Shown in pieces: positions 37,857 through 46,966 of a stretch of 63,563 nucleotides of DNA. A program made the position numbers and the translations under genes. The stretch covers positions 1 through 63,563 of the IMG/VR virus record IMGVR_UViG_3300046012_000215, one strand, 5' to 3'. Below the pieces are notes generated by a model. It did no database searches. It saw only the letters and a program-made list of their open reading frames with translations, and had not been told where the DNA came from. The stretch comes from a virus. Taxonomy: Duplodnaviria > Caudoviricetes. Every line of letters begins with the position of its first letter. The stretch's first letter is position 1.

Positions 37857-38668
37857 GCTTCCACTCCTGTAATTTTAATAAACTGAGCTCTATTAATCTG
37901 AAGAATAGCTCCATTTAAGTGAAATCGAACTATAGAGTTCTTGTCAAAAACATCAGCAAGCTTCATGATCGGAGTGGGTGAGCATCTGCAATTCGGACAA
38001 TCACCAGGAGCATAGTTTCCCAGAAAACTCTTCACTCCAGCTAAAGTCTCCGGATTAGGAAGAGACTTCCATGATACTATTACTCCATTTAAAGCTCGAT
38101 GAGAAAACCTAGATAATCGGTCTAGTCGAGCAGACCAGATGAAGTATTCTGATCCAACTACATTGCTTCTTGACTGAGTAACTAGAGAATTGGTGGAATT
38201 TATCTGAGTTCTAGCTTCTAGATTAATTTTAGTTAAAAGAACGTCAGAAAATCTTCTTTTTGATAAGTCATTCAACTCAATATTCTCAGTTTCAGATTCT
38301 TTCTTAAGCTGAGAAGCTACCACTGAAGGAAGCTTAACTAGATTCTTAACATTTGATTCTAGCTTTAATTTCAGGTTAGAGTTCCGATGCCTATTAATGA
38401 GACCATCAGCGTATTGAGTTCTTGAAGACTCTCTAACTAATTTTCTCCAAGCTATTTTATTAGAGTCTTCTACTTTCTTAATAAAAGAAGCAGCCAAATT
38501 AGTTAAATCAGATTTAAAAGCGTGTTTAGAGGTTAGCGTCGCAACTTCATTAAGCCAAATCGCTGAGCTAACTCCTTTGTGCTTAACTGGCAGCCAGTAT
38601 CTTAAAACTTTAATAATTTGAGTTTGATACTGTCTCTCTAACTTATCAGGAGGAGAGAAGGAAACCAC
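37853..38668 (-). CDS. MuF-like minor head protein
   Basis: ARTQ, YFIW...D..R.SH..LNG, PG.CPNCRC. Confidence 0.85.
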   Translation of the reverse strand: MVSFSPPDKLERQYQTQIIKVLRYWLPVKHKGVSSAIWLNEVATLTSKHAFKSDLTNLAASFIKKVEDSNKIAWRKLVRESSRTQYADGLINRHRNSNLKLKLESNVKNLVKLPSVVASQLKKESETENIELNDLSKRRFSDVLLTKINLEARTQINSTNSLVTQSRSNVVGSEYFIWSARLDRLSRFSHRALNGVIVSWKSLPNPETLAGVKSFLGNYAPGDCPNCRCSPTPIMKLADVFDKNSIVRFHLNGAILQINRAQFIKITGVEA

Positions 38669-38669
38669 T

Positions 38670-39107
38670 CTAACCTCCTAATGGTTGGCTAACATCTCCA
38701 TGCTCTAACCAGTGTTTAAACTTATCTATAGTCATTTGAGTGATGCTTCGAAAGATCGAATGACCAGAAGTGTGTCCAGCTAAGTAATCCTCTTTAGCTT
38801 GCTCCAATGAATCATATCCCAGCATACATTTATGCTCATCAAAGACTGGAGAATCCATCTTATTCTGATTAACTACAAAGATTTTACCTTGTGGATTAGG
38901 TCCAAGGTAACAGTCCATTTCATCGCCGTCGGCCCCAGTGGTATCAACGATATAGCCATAATCCGCAGGAGGAGCACCCATCCAGCCTTTACCGAATCTT
39001 AATTCATAAGCTGGTGTTTCAATCTCAACTTTCAATCCTTGAAACTCCTTAGATGGTAAGTTGTCAGTGCACCAGCCCTCTAAAGAATTAGCAAAGATTA
39101 AACTCAT
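38670..39107 (-). CDS. Inorganic pyrophosphatase-like phage domain
   Basis: IETP...R, DYGYI..T.GADGD.MD.YLG, FDEHK.MLG. Confidence 0.8.
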   Translation of the reverse strand: MSLIFANSLEGWCTDNLPSKEFQGLKVEIETPAYELRFGKGWMGAPPADYGYIVDTTGADGDEMDCYLGPNPQGKIFVVNQNKMDSPVFDEHKCMLGYDSLEQAKEDYLAGHTSGHSIFRSITQMTIDKFKHWLEHGDVSQPLGG

Positions 39108-39111
39108 GGTC

Positions 39112-39255
39112 TTAGACGATGTGACCAGCGGTTAAAAGCTGAACAAGAATCCAGAAAGCCAATCCTAATGCGACTAGATTGATTCTAGAGGGAATTGGAA
39201 TAGTCGCTAAAACAAAACACACGAAGCCAAATACTAGCAGTATTAGAGAAAGCAT
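39112..39255 (-). CDS. 47-aa two-helix membrane protein (not in the track)
   Basis: MLSLILLVFGFVCFVLATIPIPSRINLVALGLAFWILVQLLTAGHIV; RBS AAGGAG. Confidence 0.75.
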   Translation of the reverse strand: MLSLILLVFGFVCFVLATIPIPSRINLVALGLAFWILVQLLTAGHIV

Positions 39256-39273
39256 CGAAGCTCCTTTTACCTA

Positions 39274-40899
39274 CTATTTACTTGCTCTGTACAAATTGAT
39301 CCGATTAGATATCCAATCAAGAATACTTTCGGCCTTTTTTGGTTCAGAATCTACAGCATGGTCATGAACAGGTCTTGCAATCTGGTCAGCGTTTCCTTCT
39401 GCTGAGGGCTGAGAATTTTTTTCTTCAGCAGTTTCTTCATTTTCTTTCTCTTCTTCTCCAGGCATCATTGCTTCCATGCCAGCTTCACTAGCGAAAGTAT
39501 CTGGTGTAGCTGCAATGGCCTCAACTGTGATATTATCAAACAGTCCATGAACTCCACTGGAGTCTTTAAGCTCCTGTCTAGCTTCTCTCTTCGTAAGGAG
39601 ATCAGAATTATAAGCTGTGATGATAGCGTCTGAAGTACCTCGAGCGAGATTAGTCCGCTGCTCTTGTGAGAGAGCTCGGAAAGGCATCCAGTTGTAGTTT
39701 AAGTCATCTGGAACAAAACCCCAAGTACTCATCGCAATGATGGGAATCAAACGCTCCATCACCGGGTCGCCTTCACTAATTCTTTTCTCATTAATCAGAT
39801 TGTCGTAAATCTGAAGAGAACCTTCCGCGTTGCTTCCTAATCCACTTTCCCGACCAAAGATGATTTCATAAGGAATTTCACAAGCTGCCGCTAAGTCCTT
39901 CATGAACTCATGATACACGTCCCCGACACCACCAAAGCCGTAAGACGTCTGGTGTAATTGACCATCCTTACCAAGCACCAGTAAACCTTGATTGTTTACC
40001 GTCTCACTAATATGAGTCATTCGCTGGACGAAGTTTTGATAAGCTCCATTGCTTCCAGTGAGTCCAGACATTAAGCCAGCAAGTTGAGGCTCTGTAATGG
40101 AAAGAAGCTGAGCTCTCGTCAAGAGAGAAACAATATTCCAGCTACTGTAATCTCTCTTTTGAAGCTCATCAAACACAATTTCAACTTCAGACATTCCCCA
40201 GTAAAGTTCTACTTGCTTTTCCCACTGAGGAAGTTCTCGGCCACAGAATCTTAAAATTCTACTGTGGTGAATGTTTACATTTCCTGCATCCATGATACAG
40301 TTATAATAAACAGGAAGACCGAAATTAGCAGCATCCTCGATGTTGCTATTAAGAATAGGACCAGGAATGACACCGGACCAGCGGTCTAAAGGAATAAGTC
40401 CCTGATAAGCCCCAACTTCGATGTCATCAAGTTCGAGAGGCTGCATCAGGTCATCATGACCTTTAATTACAATGATGCAGGCGGCTCCTCCGAAAAGTCG
40501 ACCCCATTTTCCAGCTGACCGAAGTTTTGCAATTGTGTCAGTTTTCTTGATGATTCTGGTGAAATTCTTTACATACTCAGGAGATAGATCAGTCCTGATT
40601 GATGGGAAAGCTTTATACATGTCATTGATGATAGTATCAACTACACGACGAATGATCCAAGAACCTCTATACAGACTAAGAATGAGAGGATAATTCTCAG
40701 TGAGACGAATTAATGGATAGTTTCCCGCATTAGCTAAATTGGGAGTTCCGACCCCTACCCGAGCGGGCGCGTTACTATAAGAGTCAGTAGCGATGCCACT
40801 CGGAACTCGTAGATAGTTTCGATGATCATTCTTAGGAAGAGGCTTTCCGCCAGTTCTGGTCTTTGAGCGCGTGGAGCTGCTCTTTGACTTCGGTGGCAT
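39274..40899 (-). CDS. Portal protein (DUF1073-like)
   Basis: LYR.SW..RR.VD, W.RLFGG, IH.SR...F.G, WG.S, AAA.EIP...IFG. Confidence 0.9.
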   Translation of the reverse strand: MPPKSKSSSTRSKTRTGGKPLPKNDHRNYLRVPSGIATDSYSNAPARVGVGTPNLANAGNYPLIRLTENYPLILSLYRGSWIIRRVVDTIINDMYKAFPSIRTDLSPEYVKNFTRIIKKTDTIAKLRSAGKWGRLFGGAACIIVIKGHDDLMQPLELDDIEVGAYQGLIPLDRWSGVIPGPILNSNIEDAANFGLPVYYNCIMDAGNVNIHHSRILRFCGRELPQWEKQVELYWGMSEVEIVFDELQKRDYSSWNIVSLLTRAQLLSITEPQLAGLMSGLTGSNGAYQNFVQRMTHISETVNNQGLLVLGKDGQLHQTSYGFGGVGDVYHEFMKDLAAACEIPYEIIFGRESGLGSNAEGSLQIYDNLINEKRISEGDPVMERLIPIIAMSTWGFVPDDLNYNWMPFRALSQEQRTNLARGTSDAIITAYNSDLLTKREARQELKDSSGVHGLFDNITVEAIAATPDTFASEAGMEAMMPGEEEKENEETAEEKNSQPSAEGNADQIARPVHDHAVDSEPKKAESILDWISNRINLYRASK

Positions 40900-40910
40900 C
40901 TTAACTCCTC

Positions 40911-41270
40911 TTATTTCTTTTTATCAGAAACAGGGGCTTTAACTGTAGGATTAGCAACTAGCATATTCTTGCTATCATCCCAATGGGCACCGGGACTGTT
41001 CTGATTAATGGATTGAATCATTTGAGCTCGCTCATCCTCTAAAGGCTTAAGCTTCTCATTAAGATTATTAATCTTCTCTCGATTAAGCTCCATCATAACC
41101 ATGATACCTTGATTACGAAGTGAACTTATTTGCTGCTGATCATTCTGAATCTGCTGTTTTAAAGTCGTTACCTGCGAGTCCTCTTTAACTACAGGATCAG
41201 CGGGTTTAGGGGGTTGAGCTAAGCTAACAGCAGACATGGAAACAGCTAGTAAGATCGCTAAGCGATTCAC
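40911..41270 (-). CDS. Signal-peptide-bearing coiled-coil protein
   Basis: MNRLAILLAVSMSAVSLA|Q; Q/N-rich heptads. Confidence 0.7.
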   Translation of the reverse strand: MNRLAILLAVSMSAVSLAQPPKPADPVVKEDSQVTTLKQQIQNDQQQISSLRNQGIMVMMELNREKINNLNEKLKPLEDERAQMIQSINQNSPGAHWDDSKNMLVANPTVKAPVSDKKK

Positions 41271-41294
41271 GAGAGAAAACTCCTTAGATTGAAT

Positions 41295-41849
41295 TTATTC
41301 TACAGTCGTGCCATGAGCATGGATAATGTTACCATGACCATACTTGTTACCCCAGCCACTTTTCTCAGCTGAGCCTTTAACGCCCTTTTTCTCATTCTTT
41401 TCAGCTTGGGCTGATTGAACTTCTTTACTGTGACCTTGACCTCGATTGTCTGAGGGTTCAAAAATTCCGTTTTCACTCCGAGAATGGAGACGCTCAGTGA
41501 AGAGCTTATTGTCATTAGCATTAGCTTTATTTGGTCTAATAGCTTGAACAGTAGCCTGACGTTGAGCTTTAATCTTTGGATCATGAGCTTGAATAACTTC
41601 TCGGCGTTGACGAGCTGTATAGCCTTTAAAGTTATTATACTGTTTATTTAACTCTGGAGAAGCTTCAGTATGACCAGCGGCTGAGTTTGACTCAGCATCG
41701 AACTTATCATCATTAGCGTCTACGGGATAGACGTTTGAGTGATGGCGCTTCGGAATTCCTGAACCGTCTCCACCGTCGTTCGCGACCTTAGATCGACTGA
41801 ACTCAGGAACATCCTGATGACGAGGATCAACACTATTAAAGTTTGACAT
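41295..41849 (-). CDS. Disordered hydrophilic protein; candidate internal head protein
   Basis: N/D/H/K-rich; repeated AND. Confidence 0.65.
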   Translation of the reverse strand: MSNFNSVDPRHQDVPEFSRSKVANDGGDGSGIPKRHHSNVYPVDANDDKFDAESNSAAGHTEASPELNKQYNNFKGYTARQRREVIQAHDPKIKAQRQATVQAIRPNKANANDNKLFTERLHSRSENGIFEPSDNRGQGHSKEVQSAQAEKNEKKGVKGSAEKSGWGNKYGHGNIIHAHGTTVE

Positions 41850-42190
41850 TAAGGCCTCTTTGCTTCGTGCTCAGCCTTTCGAGCCATGTCCTGTTTAAAC
41901 AAGTGACCACCTGTCATGCGGCGGTCTTGGTTGTGGATAGGCTTAGAGCTACTAGATTTTTCTCTCAAATAAGCATGAAGTTCAGGAGTTGGAACAGGTC
42001 CATGATCTCCTTTTGGAGGGGGAGGAAATCTACTAGAAGAGTTTTCTCCTTTGTAAGAGAAACCCTTACTTTCTCCCTCTGCGTCATGCCCAAGAGTCGG
42101 TGTCCGTGATCCAGCACTTAACTCATGAATAGAGTCGTTCGCAGGATGAACAGTTTCATAAGCTGATTCACCACCAAAAGTTTTGTTCAT
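41849..42190 (-). CDS. Disordered hydrophilic protein; candidate internal head protein
   Basis: Coupled ORF; PANDS, GHDA. Confidence 0.65.
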   Translation of the reverse strand: MNKTFGGESAYETVHPANDSIHELSAGSRTPTLGHDAEGESKGFSYKGENSSSRFPPPPKGDHGPVPTPELHAYLREKSSSSKPIHNQDRRMTGGHLFKQDMARKAEHEAKRP

Positions 42191-42498
42191 TTTGTTAAAT
42201 CCCTCTTAGCTTCTTTAGGCTGAGTGCCTGGCGTCGGGCCACCAGGCAATGAAGGAGTAGATACAGGTTTAAGCTCTCCTCCAGCGTCGATCCCATGGGC
42301 TCTCTTCGCGTAGTGAGTAGCTAATTTAGCATATTCACCAGCAGTGCCGTTCTGATCACCCTCTTTGATTCTAGACTTCGCCATGTTACTGAAGTTAGTA
42401 GAAACTTTCTGAGCAGAAGCTTTATGAGGCTCAAAAGCATTTTCCCCTTCTTCAGCATCAGTTAAAGCTGAGAAGCCACCATTAAGAGCCATGGTCAT
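42187..42498 (-). CDS. Small hydrophilic protein; candidate internal head protein
   Basis: RBS AGGAG, own promoter; LTDA, GIDA. Confidence 0.65.
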   Translation of the reverse strand: MTMALNGGFSALTDAEEGENAFEPHKASAQKVSTNFSNMAKSRIKEGDQNGTAGEYAKLATHYAKRAHGIDAGGELKPVSTPSLPGGPTPGTQPKEAKRDLTK

Positions 42499-42511
42499 TA
42501 CTCCTAAAATT

Positions 42512-42541
42512 ATTATAAATCAACTCGATACCAGTTGTACA
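42512..42541 (-). promoter_or_regulatory. Promoter TGTACA-N18-TATAAT inside the structural arm
   Basis: Minus strand TGTACA actggtatcgagttgatt TATAAT aattttAGGAGtaATG. Confidence 0.75.
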
Positions 42542-43813
42542 CTAAGCAGCTAGTTTTATAGTGGAAGAAACTATTCGCCAGTCAGGAAACAATTCCATAA
42601 TAGCGTATCTTCTAGCATCTTGTGTATGGTCATTAACTTTTAATGGTTGCTCAGTTCCTTTATCAGCGGCTTTCTTATCCCATGAATAAAGACCGGTTTC
42701 TCTGCGGCACTCTTCATTGTCTATATGAGAGCGAAAAGCACCGCAAGCCATTACCTCAGAAACTCGATGTATTCCAGTTAAGACCTCATTATTAGCGTCT
42801 GTAACCCAGAGGCCTCTATTCTCTAGCTCAATTTTGAAGCTCGCTGCTGATGGGTCAATAACCACCATCGGCTGGTTAATTCCACTGATTCTAGATCGGC
42901 TAATGAACTCTTGAAGATCGTCAGCATATTGTGAATCAGTCTTCTGACGCATTTCTTTAACGGAATCCCAATAGTATTCTCGATCTTCCCAGACTCGTTC
43001 CCCGTCGTCGAAGTATTCAAGGAAGACACAAGGATTGTTAGTTCCATAATCGACGGAGATGATGTGGCGCTGAAATCCTCCCGCCCCGTATAGACCAACC
43101 GGTCTGCTTCGATCGTCGTATAGTAAAGAGTCATTCCACGAGTCCTTGTAAATAGCGCCTTCAGCTACAACCCAGAGCCCTAGAATATATCTTTGATAGT
43201 AAACACCCTTCTGAGAAGCTATAATCTGTTTCTTAGTTAGAGGATCGATGTTTGGATTATCTTCTAGAGTGAAGTGAATAACCTCTAGATCATTTCCAAA
43301 GTTCTCTTCATGAATGACCTCAGTGAACAAATAGTGCTGAGGTGTTCCGGGATTTGTCGTAGCATATAGACGCGCGCCCGGGGGAGACAAACGTAAGAAA
43401 AGCTGCATCGAGAAACTGCGTGGAAACTCAGTCCACTCATCACAAATCGCGATGCCGATCGTCATTCCAAGAATGTTCTTGTAAGAAGCCTCATCTCTAG
43501 CTCCAATGATAAACCATTGGACGCCGAAGAGATATAGTTCTCCAGAAGCTCGATTATAAGAATAGTTCTTCTTACCAACAACCGAGAAAATATCTAGTAA
43601 GATATTTTTGTAGACTGTTTGCTTAGTAGCTCCACAAATGACTCTTTTACCAGCTACTTTGTAGGTGCAGAGTTGATAAAGTATCTTAGCATCAACGGCC
43701 CACGTCTTACTACTTCGAACGCTCCCTTCGAGTAAAGTATATTTTTTATCTTCACTCGGGTGCCTCTTGATAAACTTATGAGCTTTGACACCGAAAGGTT
43801 TAAAGATTGGCAT
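42542..43813 (-). CDS. terL: Terminase large subunit
   Basis: EGSVRSSKT, ICDE, TTNP, DNP, G.WV.AEG, DYGT.NP, DPSA, NDHTQDARRY. Confidence 0.95.
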   Translation of the reverse strand: MPIFKPFGVKAHKFIKRHPSEDKKYTLLEGSVRSSKTWAVDAKILYQLCTYKVAGKRVICGATKQTVYKNILLDIFSVVGKKNYSYNRASGELYLFGVQWFIIGARDEASYKNILGMTIGIAICDEWTEFPRSFSMQLFLRLSPPGARLYATTNPGTPQHYLFTEVIHEENFGNDLEVIHFTLEDNPNIDPLTKKQIIASQKGVYYQRYILGLWVVAEGAIYKDSWNDSLLYDDRSRPVGLYGAGGFQRHIISVDYGTNNPCVFLEYFDDGERVWEDREYYWDSVKEMRQKTDSQYADDLQEFISRSRISGINQPMVVIDPSAASFKIELENRGLWVTDANNEVLTGIHRVSEVMACGAFRSHIDNEECRRETGLYSWDKKAADKGTEQPLKVNDHTQDARRYAIMELFPDWRIVSSTIKLAA

Positions 43814-44202
43814 TATTCTGAAGTACTAGGCGAGTCATGATGAAAATCTTCTTCAGGATTGTAATCCGTCGAATCTCCAGGTTCCGGTTCTTCTTCTACT
43901 TTTTCAAGCTCAGCTGGAGGACCGTTCATAATAGCAGCTAAATTTGTAAGCTCTTCATTAGTTCCTGCCGCTATAATCTTTTCAGGAGTTTTACCTTCGG
44001 TGGATTCACGAAGCTCAGAAATAGCAGCAAAACTTATGTCTTTATTGTTCACAACACCAACCGCATTCTTTGCTACGTGCTCAGCTATAGCTTCAGCCCA
44101 GTTAGCATCGTCTTCTAATTTGAGCTTCTCTTTAACTTCCTCTGGGACCTTCTTACCCAAGACCTTCTTATAAGCAGCACTGAGAAGTTTGGGACGGTTC
44201 AT
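43813..44202 (-). CDS. Probable terminase small subunit
   Basis: Directly upstream of terL; A..ELR...EGK helix pattern. Confidence 0.6.
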   Translation of the reverse strand: MNRPKLLSAAYKKVLGKKVPEEVKEKLKLEDDANWAEAIAEHVAKNAVGVVNNKDISFAAISELRESTEGKTPEKIIAAGTNEELTNLAAIMNGPPAELEKVEEEPEPGDSTDYNPEEDFHHDSPSTSE

Positions 44203-44540
44203 TAAGACCTCGGAATCAACAAATACTTAGGCTGGGCTGCTCTAACCCGTTGAATTACTGGAATCCCACCTGAGTGACGTTTTTGTAAAAAGTACATTTT
44301 GCTCTTAGTGACATAGTTTCTACCATCTTTGCTAGTCACTAATTCATACTCTTCTGTCTTCAGTCCATCGATTGCGAGCTTCGTGTCTAAGTGTGTGTGA
44401 TCATCGTGATTAGGTAGAATGTTATAGACTTTTAATCTACCAACTTCCTCAGTAGACAGAACACAGCAATCCATGTTAGCTCCGTGCGCTTCGATGTGGG
44501 TGCCAAGGGGCGTCCTTGGACTCATAGATAAGTACAGCAC
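44202..44540 (-). CDS. Hypothetical protein
   Basis: Coupled to the terS candidate. Confidence 0.6.
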   Translation of the reverse strand: MLYLSMSPRTPLGTHIEAHGANMDCCVLSTEEVGRLKVYNILPNHDDHTHLDTKLAIDGLKTEEYELVTSKDGRNYVTKSKMYFLQKRHSGGIPVIQRVRAAQPKYLLIPRS

Positions 44541-44667
44541 TTACGATGCTTTGACGACTATACTCAGCTAGTCTATGAGCCTTTAGTTCTGAGGCTAACT
44601 GTCTAAGCTCTCTAGAACTTGGAAAGTACTGACCAGCGAGAATGGATTCGATAACGTCATCTGGCAT
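44476..44667 (-). CDS. Hypothetical protein (start MPDD)
   Basis: RBS AGGAGGAG before ATG; track start at 44697 is probably too early. Confidence 0.45.
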   Translation of the reverse strand: MPDDVIESILAGQYFPSSRELRQLASELKAHRLAEYSRQSIVSAVLIYESKDAPWHPHRSARS

Positions 44668-44943
44668 AGCTCCTCCTAACTTAAATAGTAGAGCCACGAG
44701 ATGAAGGCAACGACGAATATACCAAGGAAAAGAAGAGCATCCTCTTTGGAGGAAAGTTTCATTAGACGCCTCCAGTTTAACTTGAACTAGGTGGCTCCAG
44801 CTATAGCTCTGGATCGCTTTCTCTAACCTTCTCTAGTTCTAGTGAGGGTCGAGCTTTAATACTCATTATATTATGATCTTATGCTTTTATAATTAGCAGA
44901 CCCAGAAAGAGAATTTGCACATCTCACTTGAGTGAAAAAGTAT

Positions 44944-44973
44944 TGTACAACTTATTTTATGTTGTTATATAAT
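44944..44973 (+). promoter_or_regulatory. Promoter TGTACA-N18-TATAAT
   Basis: Conserved motif at the start of the early region. Confidence 0.75.
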
Positions 44974-44999
44974 AAAATTATTGGAGAAAGGAAATTCAC

Positions 45000-45203
45000 T
45001 TGACACCAGTGGAATACTCAGAGAAAACGTATGAAGACATAGAAGCACTGAGTTTACTAGCTTCAGAGCTTTCATCCAGACCAATTCAAACCTCTCCAGA
45101 GATTCATGCTTATTATGATGGAATCTTCAAACAAATGGAATCTATCAAGACTGAAATGAAAGATCGAACCTTAGAATTTTACAGAACTAAGGAGATTAAT
45201 TAG
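45000..45203 (+). CDS. Hypothetical early protein
   Basis: RBS and promoter upstream. Confidence 0.6.
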   Translation: MTPVEYSEKTYEDIEALSLLASELSSRPIQTSPEIHAYYDGIFKQMESIKTEMKDRTLEFYRTKEIN

Positions 45204-45397
45204 TGAATCAGCGAGAGAAGGCGGTGCGGAAGACCCAATGCCGCTGGGACAATAAAGACATCATCTTTGTGTGGGATAAGTGGCAGCACATCACACAGCA
45301 GGATCAAAACGAATGCAGCCATCCTATTCCATTCGGTGATTATCAAGAGTCCACAAAGCCATTGACCACCCCAACCGAGAAGTCGGAGGAGAGATAG
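45203..45397 (+). CDS. Hypothetical early protein
   Basis: Coupled ORF; RBS AAGGAG. Confidence 0.55.
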   Translation: MNQREKAVRKTQCRWDNKDIIFVWDKWQHITQQDQNECSHPIPFGDYQESTKPLTTPTEKSEER

Positions 45398-45431
45398 GGA
45401 AAAGCCATAAAAGTAAATTTGTAAAAATAGT

Positions 45432-45461
45432 TGTACAACTGTAATATAGTTGATTTACAAT
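45432..45461 (+). promoter_or_regulatory. Promoter TGTACA-N18-TACAAT
   Basis: Conserved motif with AAAAATAGT upstream. Confidence 0.7.
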
Positions 45462-45518
45462 ATAATTATTGGAGATATACCAATTCTCCAAATTATATTT
45501 AATGGTTGAGAGGATCAA

Positions 45519-45824
45519 ATGGGTCGAACTTACACAGGATTTGTAGAAGGAAACTTAACCGGTCTTCCTTGGCAAGCTGTTGTAATGACGGAGATGGTGC
45601 TCAGTGGACCAACCCTGACTCTTAAAGAGCTTTCAAAGAAAGCTGACCGTCACATCGGAAACGGTCACGACTCTAAAGGCGCAATCTCTCAGGCTTGTGG
45701 AGTTCTGATTACCAAGGAAATGCTTCAAAGGCAAGAGCGCGGGATTTACAGGATCACTCCCAAAGGCCGAAAGGTCTGGGAAAGAGTTCTGGATAAGCAA
45801 TGGGGAAAAAGGTACTCACGATGA
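45519..45824 (+). CDS. Winged-helix protein (Mrr N-terminal-like)
   Basis: AISQACGVL...RGIYRITPKGRKV. Confidence 0.55.
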   Translation: MGRTYTGFVEGNLTGLPWQAVVMTEMVLSGPTLTLKELSKKADRHIGNGHDSKGAISQACGVLITKEMLQRQERGIYRITPKGRKVWERVLDKQWGKRYSR

Positions 45825-46000
45825 ATGAGCCTACTCAGCAATATCTTGGAGATGGTCTGTATGCTTCATTCGATGGATTTCAGGTCGAAGTCTTTTCTCA
45901 TGATGGGCTTAACAAGACAAATTCAGTATTCATGGAACCTGATATCCTAGACAGCTTTATTGGGTTCATTAAAAGTATCAAACAAAAGGAGTCACTGTGA
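45821..46000 (+). CDS. Conserved small phage protein (start MNEP)
   Basis: YLGDGLYASFDG...N.V..EP pattern; ATGA overlap. Confidence 0.65.
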   Translation: MNEPTQQYLGDGLYASFDGFQVEVFSHDGLNKTNSVFMEPDILDSFIGFIKSIKQKESL

Positions 46001-46236
46001 AGAAATTTTACGTCTCTCTCGTCAAAGACCTTCTTGGTTATTATCTTGAATTTGAGGCTGATGAGAAAGAAACAGTGAGGCTCTATTTAAGAGCAGAGTA
46101 CTTTGGCCCAGAGTGGAAGCTTCCCTGGTGTTCCGAATACTCAGAAGAAGAGTTTGAATCACTCAAAAACAGGTACGGTGTTAAGGGCGTGATTAAGGCG
46201 ACTTGTGGGCCTTTGAAGAAAGAAGACTGGCAATGA
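45997..46236 (+). CDS. Hypothetical early protein
   Basis: Coupled ORF with RBS. Confidence 0.6.
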   Translation: MKKFYVSLVKDLLGYYLEFEADEKETVRLYLRAEYFGPEWKLPWCSEYSEEEFESLKNRYGVKGVIKATCGPLKKEDWQ

Positions 46237-46515
46237 AAGATAGGCCGATCAATACGTGCTATGAGCTTATCGTAGAAATCGAGGAGCTAATCATTCGCTA
46301 TCACGGGGCATGGGAGCCGTGGGTCAAGAGAATTCTAAAGTCTACTATTGATCAATTAGAACGAGTCAGGAAGGGCCCGTCCAAAATATGAGAGAAAATC
46401 GAACAGGTTTCATGCTTCTGATTAGGGCACATGATCACGTTTGGCGAAGCAAGCAGCCTTTAAAGATAAGGCTTGAGGCTTGTGCCATTATCTGGAAGAT
46501 AATCTGTGAGGGCAT

Positions 46516-46953
46516 ATGAGCATGGTGCAAGATGAAGAGATTCAAAAAGAGTTAAAGGCTTGCCGAGAGGCCTGGGCTGCTCACCCTGAAGCAACGATGG
46601 GTTGGTGTATTCATCATGAAATAGAGATCGAGGCTCTTGAAGAGCCGATTAAAAATAGAATTAGCTTCATTTCAACTAATAAAGCACCGCGTGAGCAAGC
46701 TCTCCGATTTCGTAACATGAGGCCAGTAATTTCAGCTTTACCACCTACAATAAATAAGGCCCGGGCGGAGTGGGACAAGGCCCGGGCGGAGTTGGACAAG
46801 GCCCGGGTTGAGTGGGACAAGGCCCGGGCGGAGTTGGACAAGGCCCGGGTTGAGTGGGACAAGGCCCGGGCGGAGTGGGGCCCTGAAGAAAGAGCTAAAG
46901 CTCATTTAGCTGATGTCCCTAATCACACATGGAATGGACGAAGCATCTTTTAG
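46516..46953 (+). CDS. Hypothetical protein with KARAEWD heptad repeats
   Basis: W..HH...E.L.EP...RI..I...K...E...R followed by six heptads. Confidence 0.75.
   Translation: MSMVQDEEIQKELKACREAWAAHPEATMGWCIHHEIEIEALEEPIKNRISFISTNKAPREQALRFRNMRPVISALPPTINKARAEWDKARAELDKARVEWDKARAELDKARVEWDKARAEWGPEERAKAHLADVPNHTWNGRSIF
46756..46881 (+). repeat. Six tandem 21-bp coding repeats
   Basis: AAGGCCCGGG(CG/TT)GAGT(G/T)GGAC units. Confidence 0.95.
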
Positions 46954-46966
46954 GAGAAAATAAGAA

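Noticed and set aside
46756-46881. Possible CRISPR array
   Set aside because: Repeats are contiguous with no spacers and are in frame within a CDS; no cas genes
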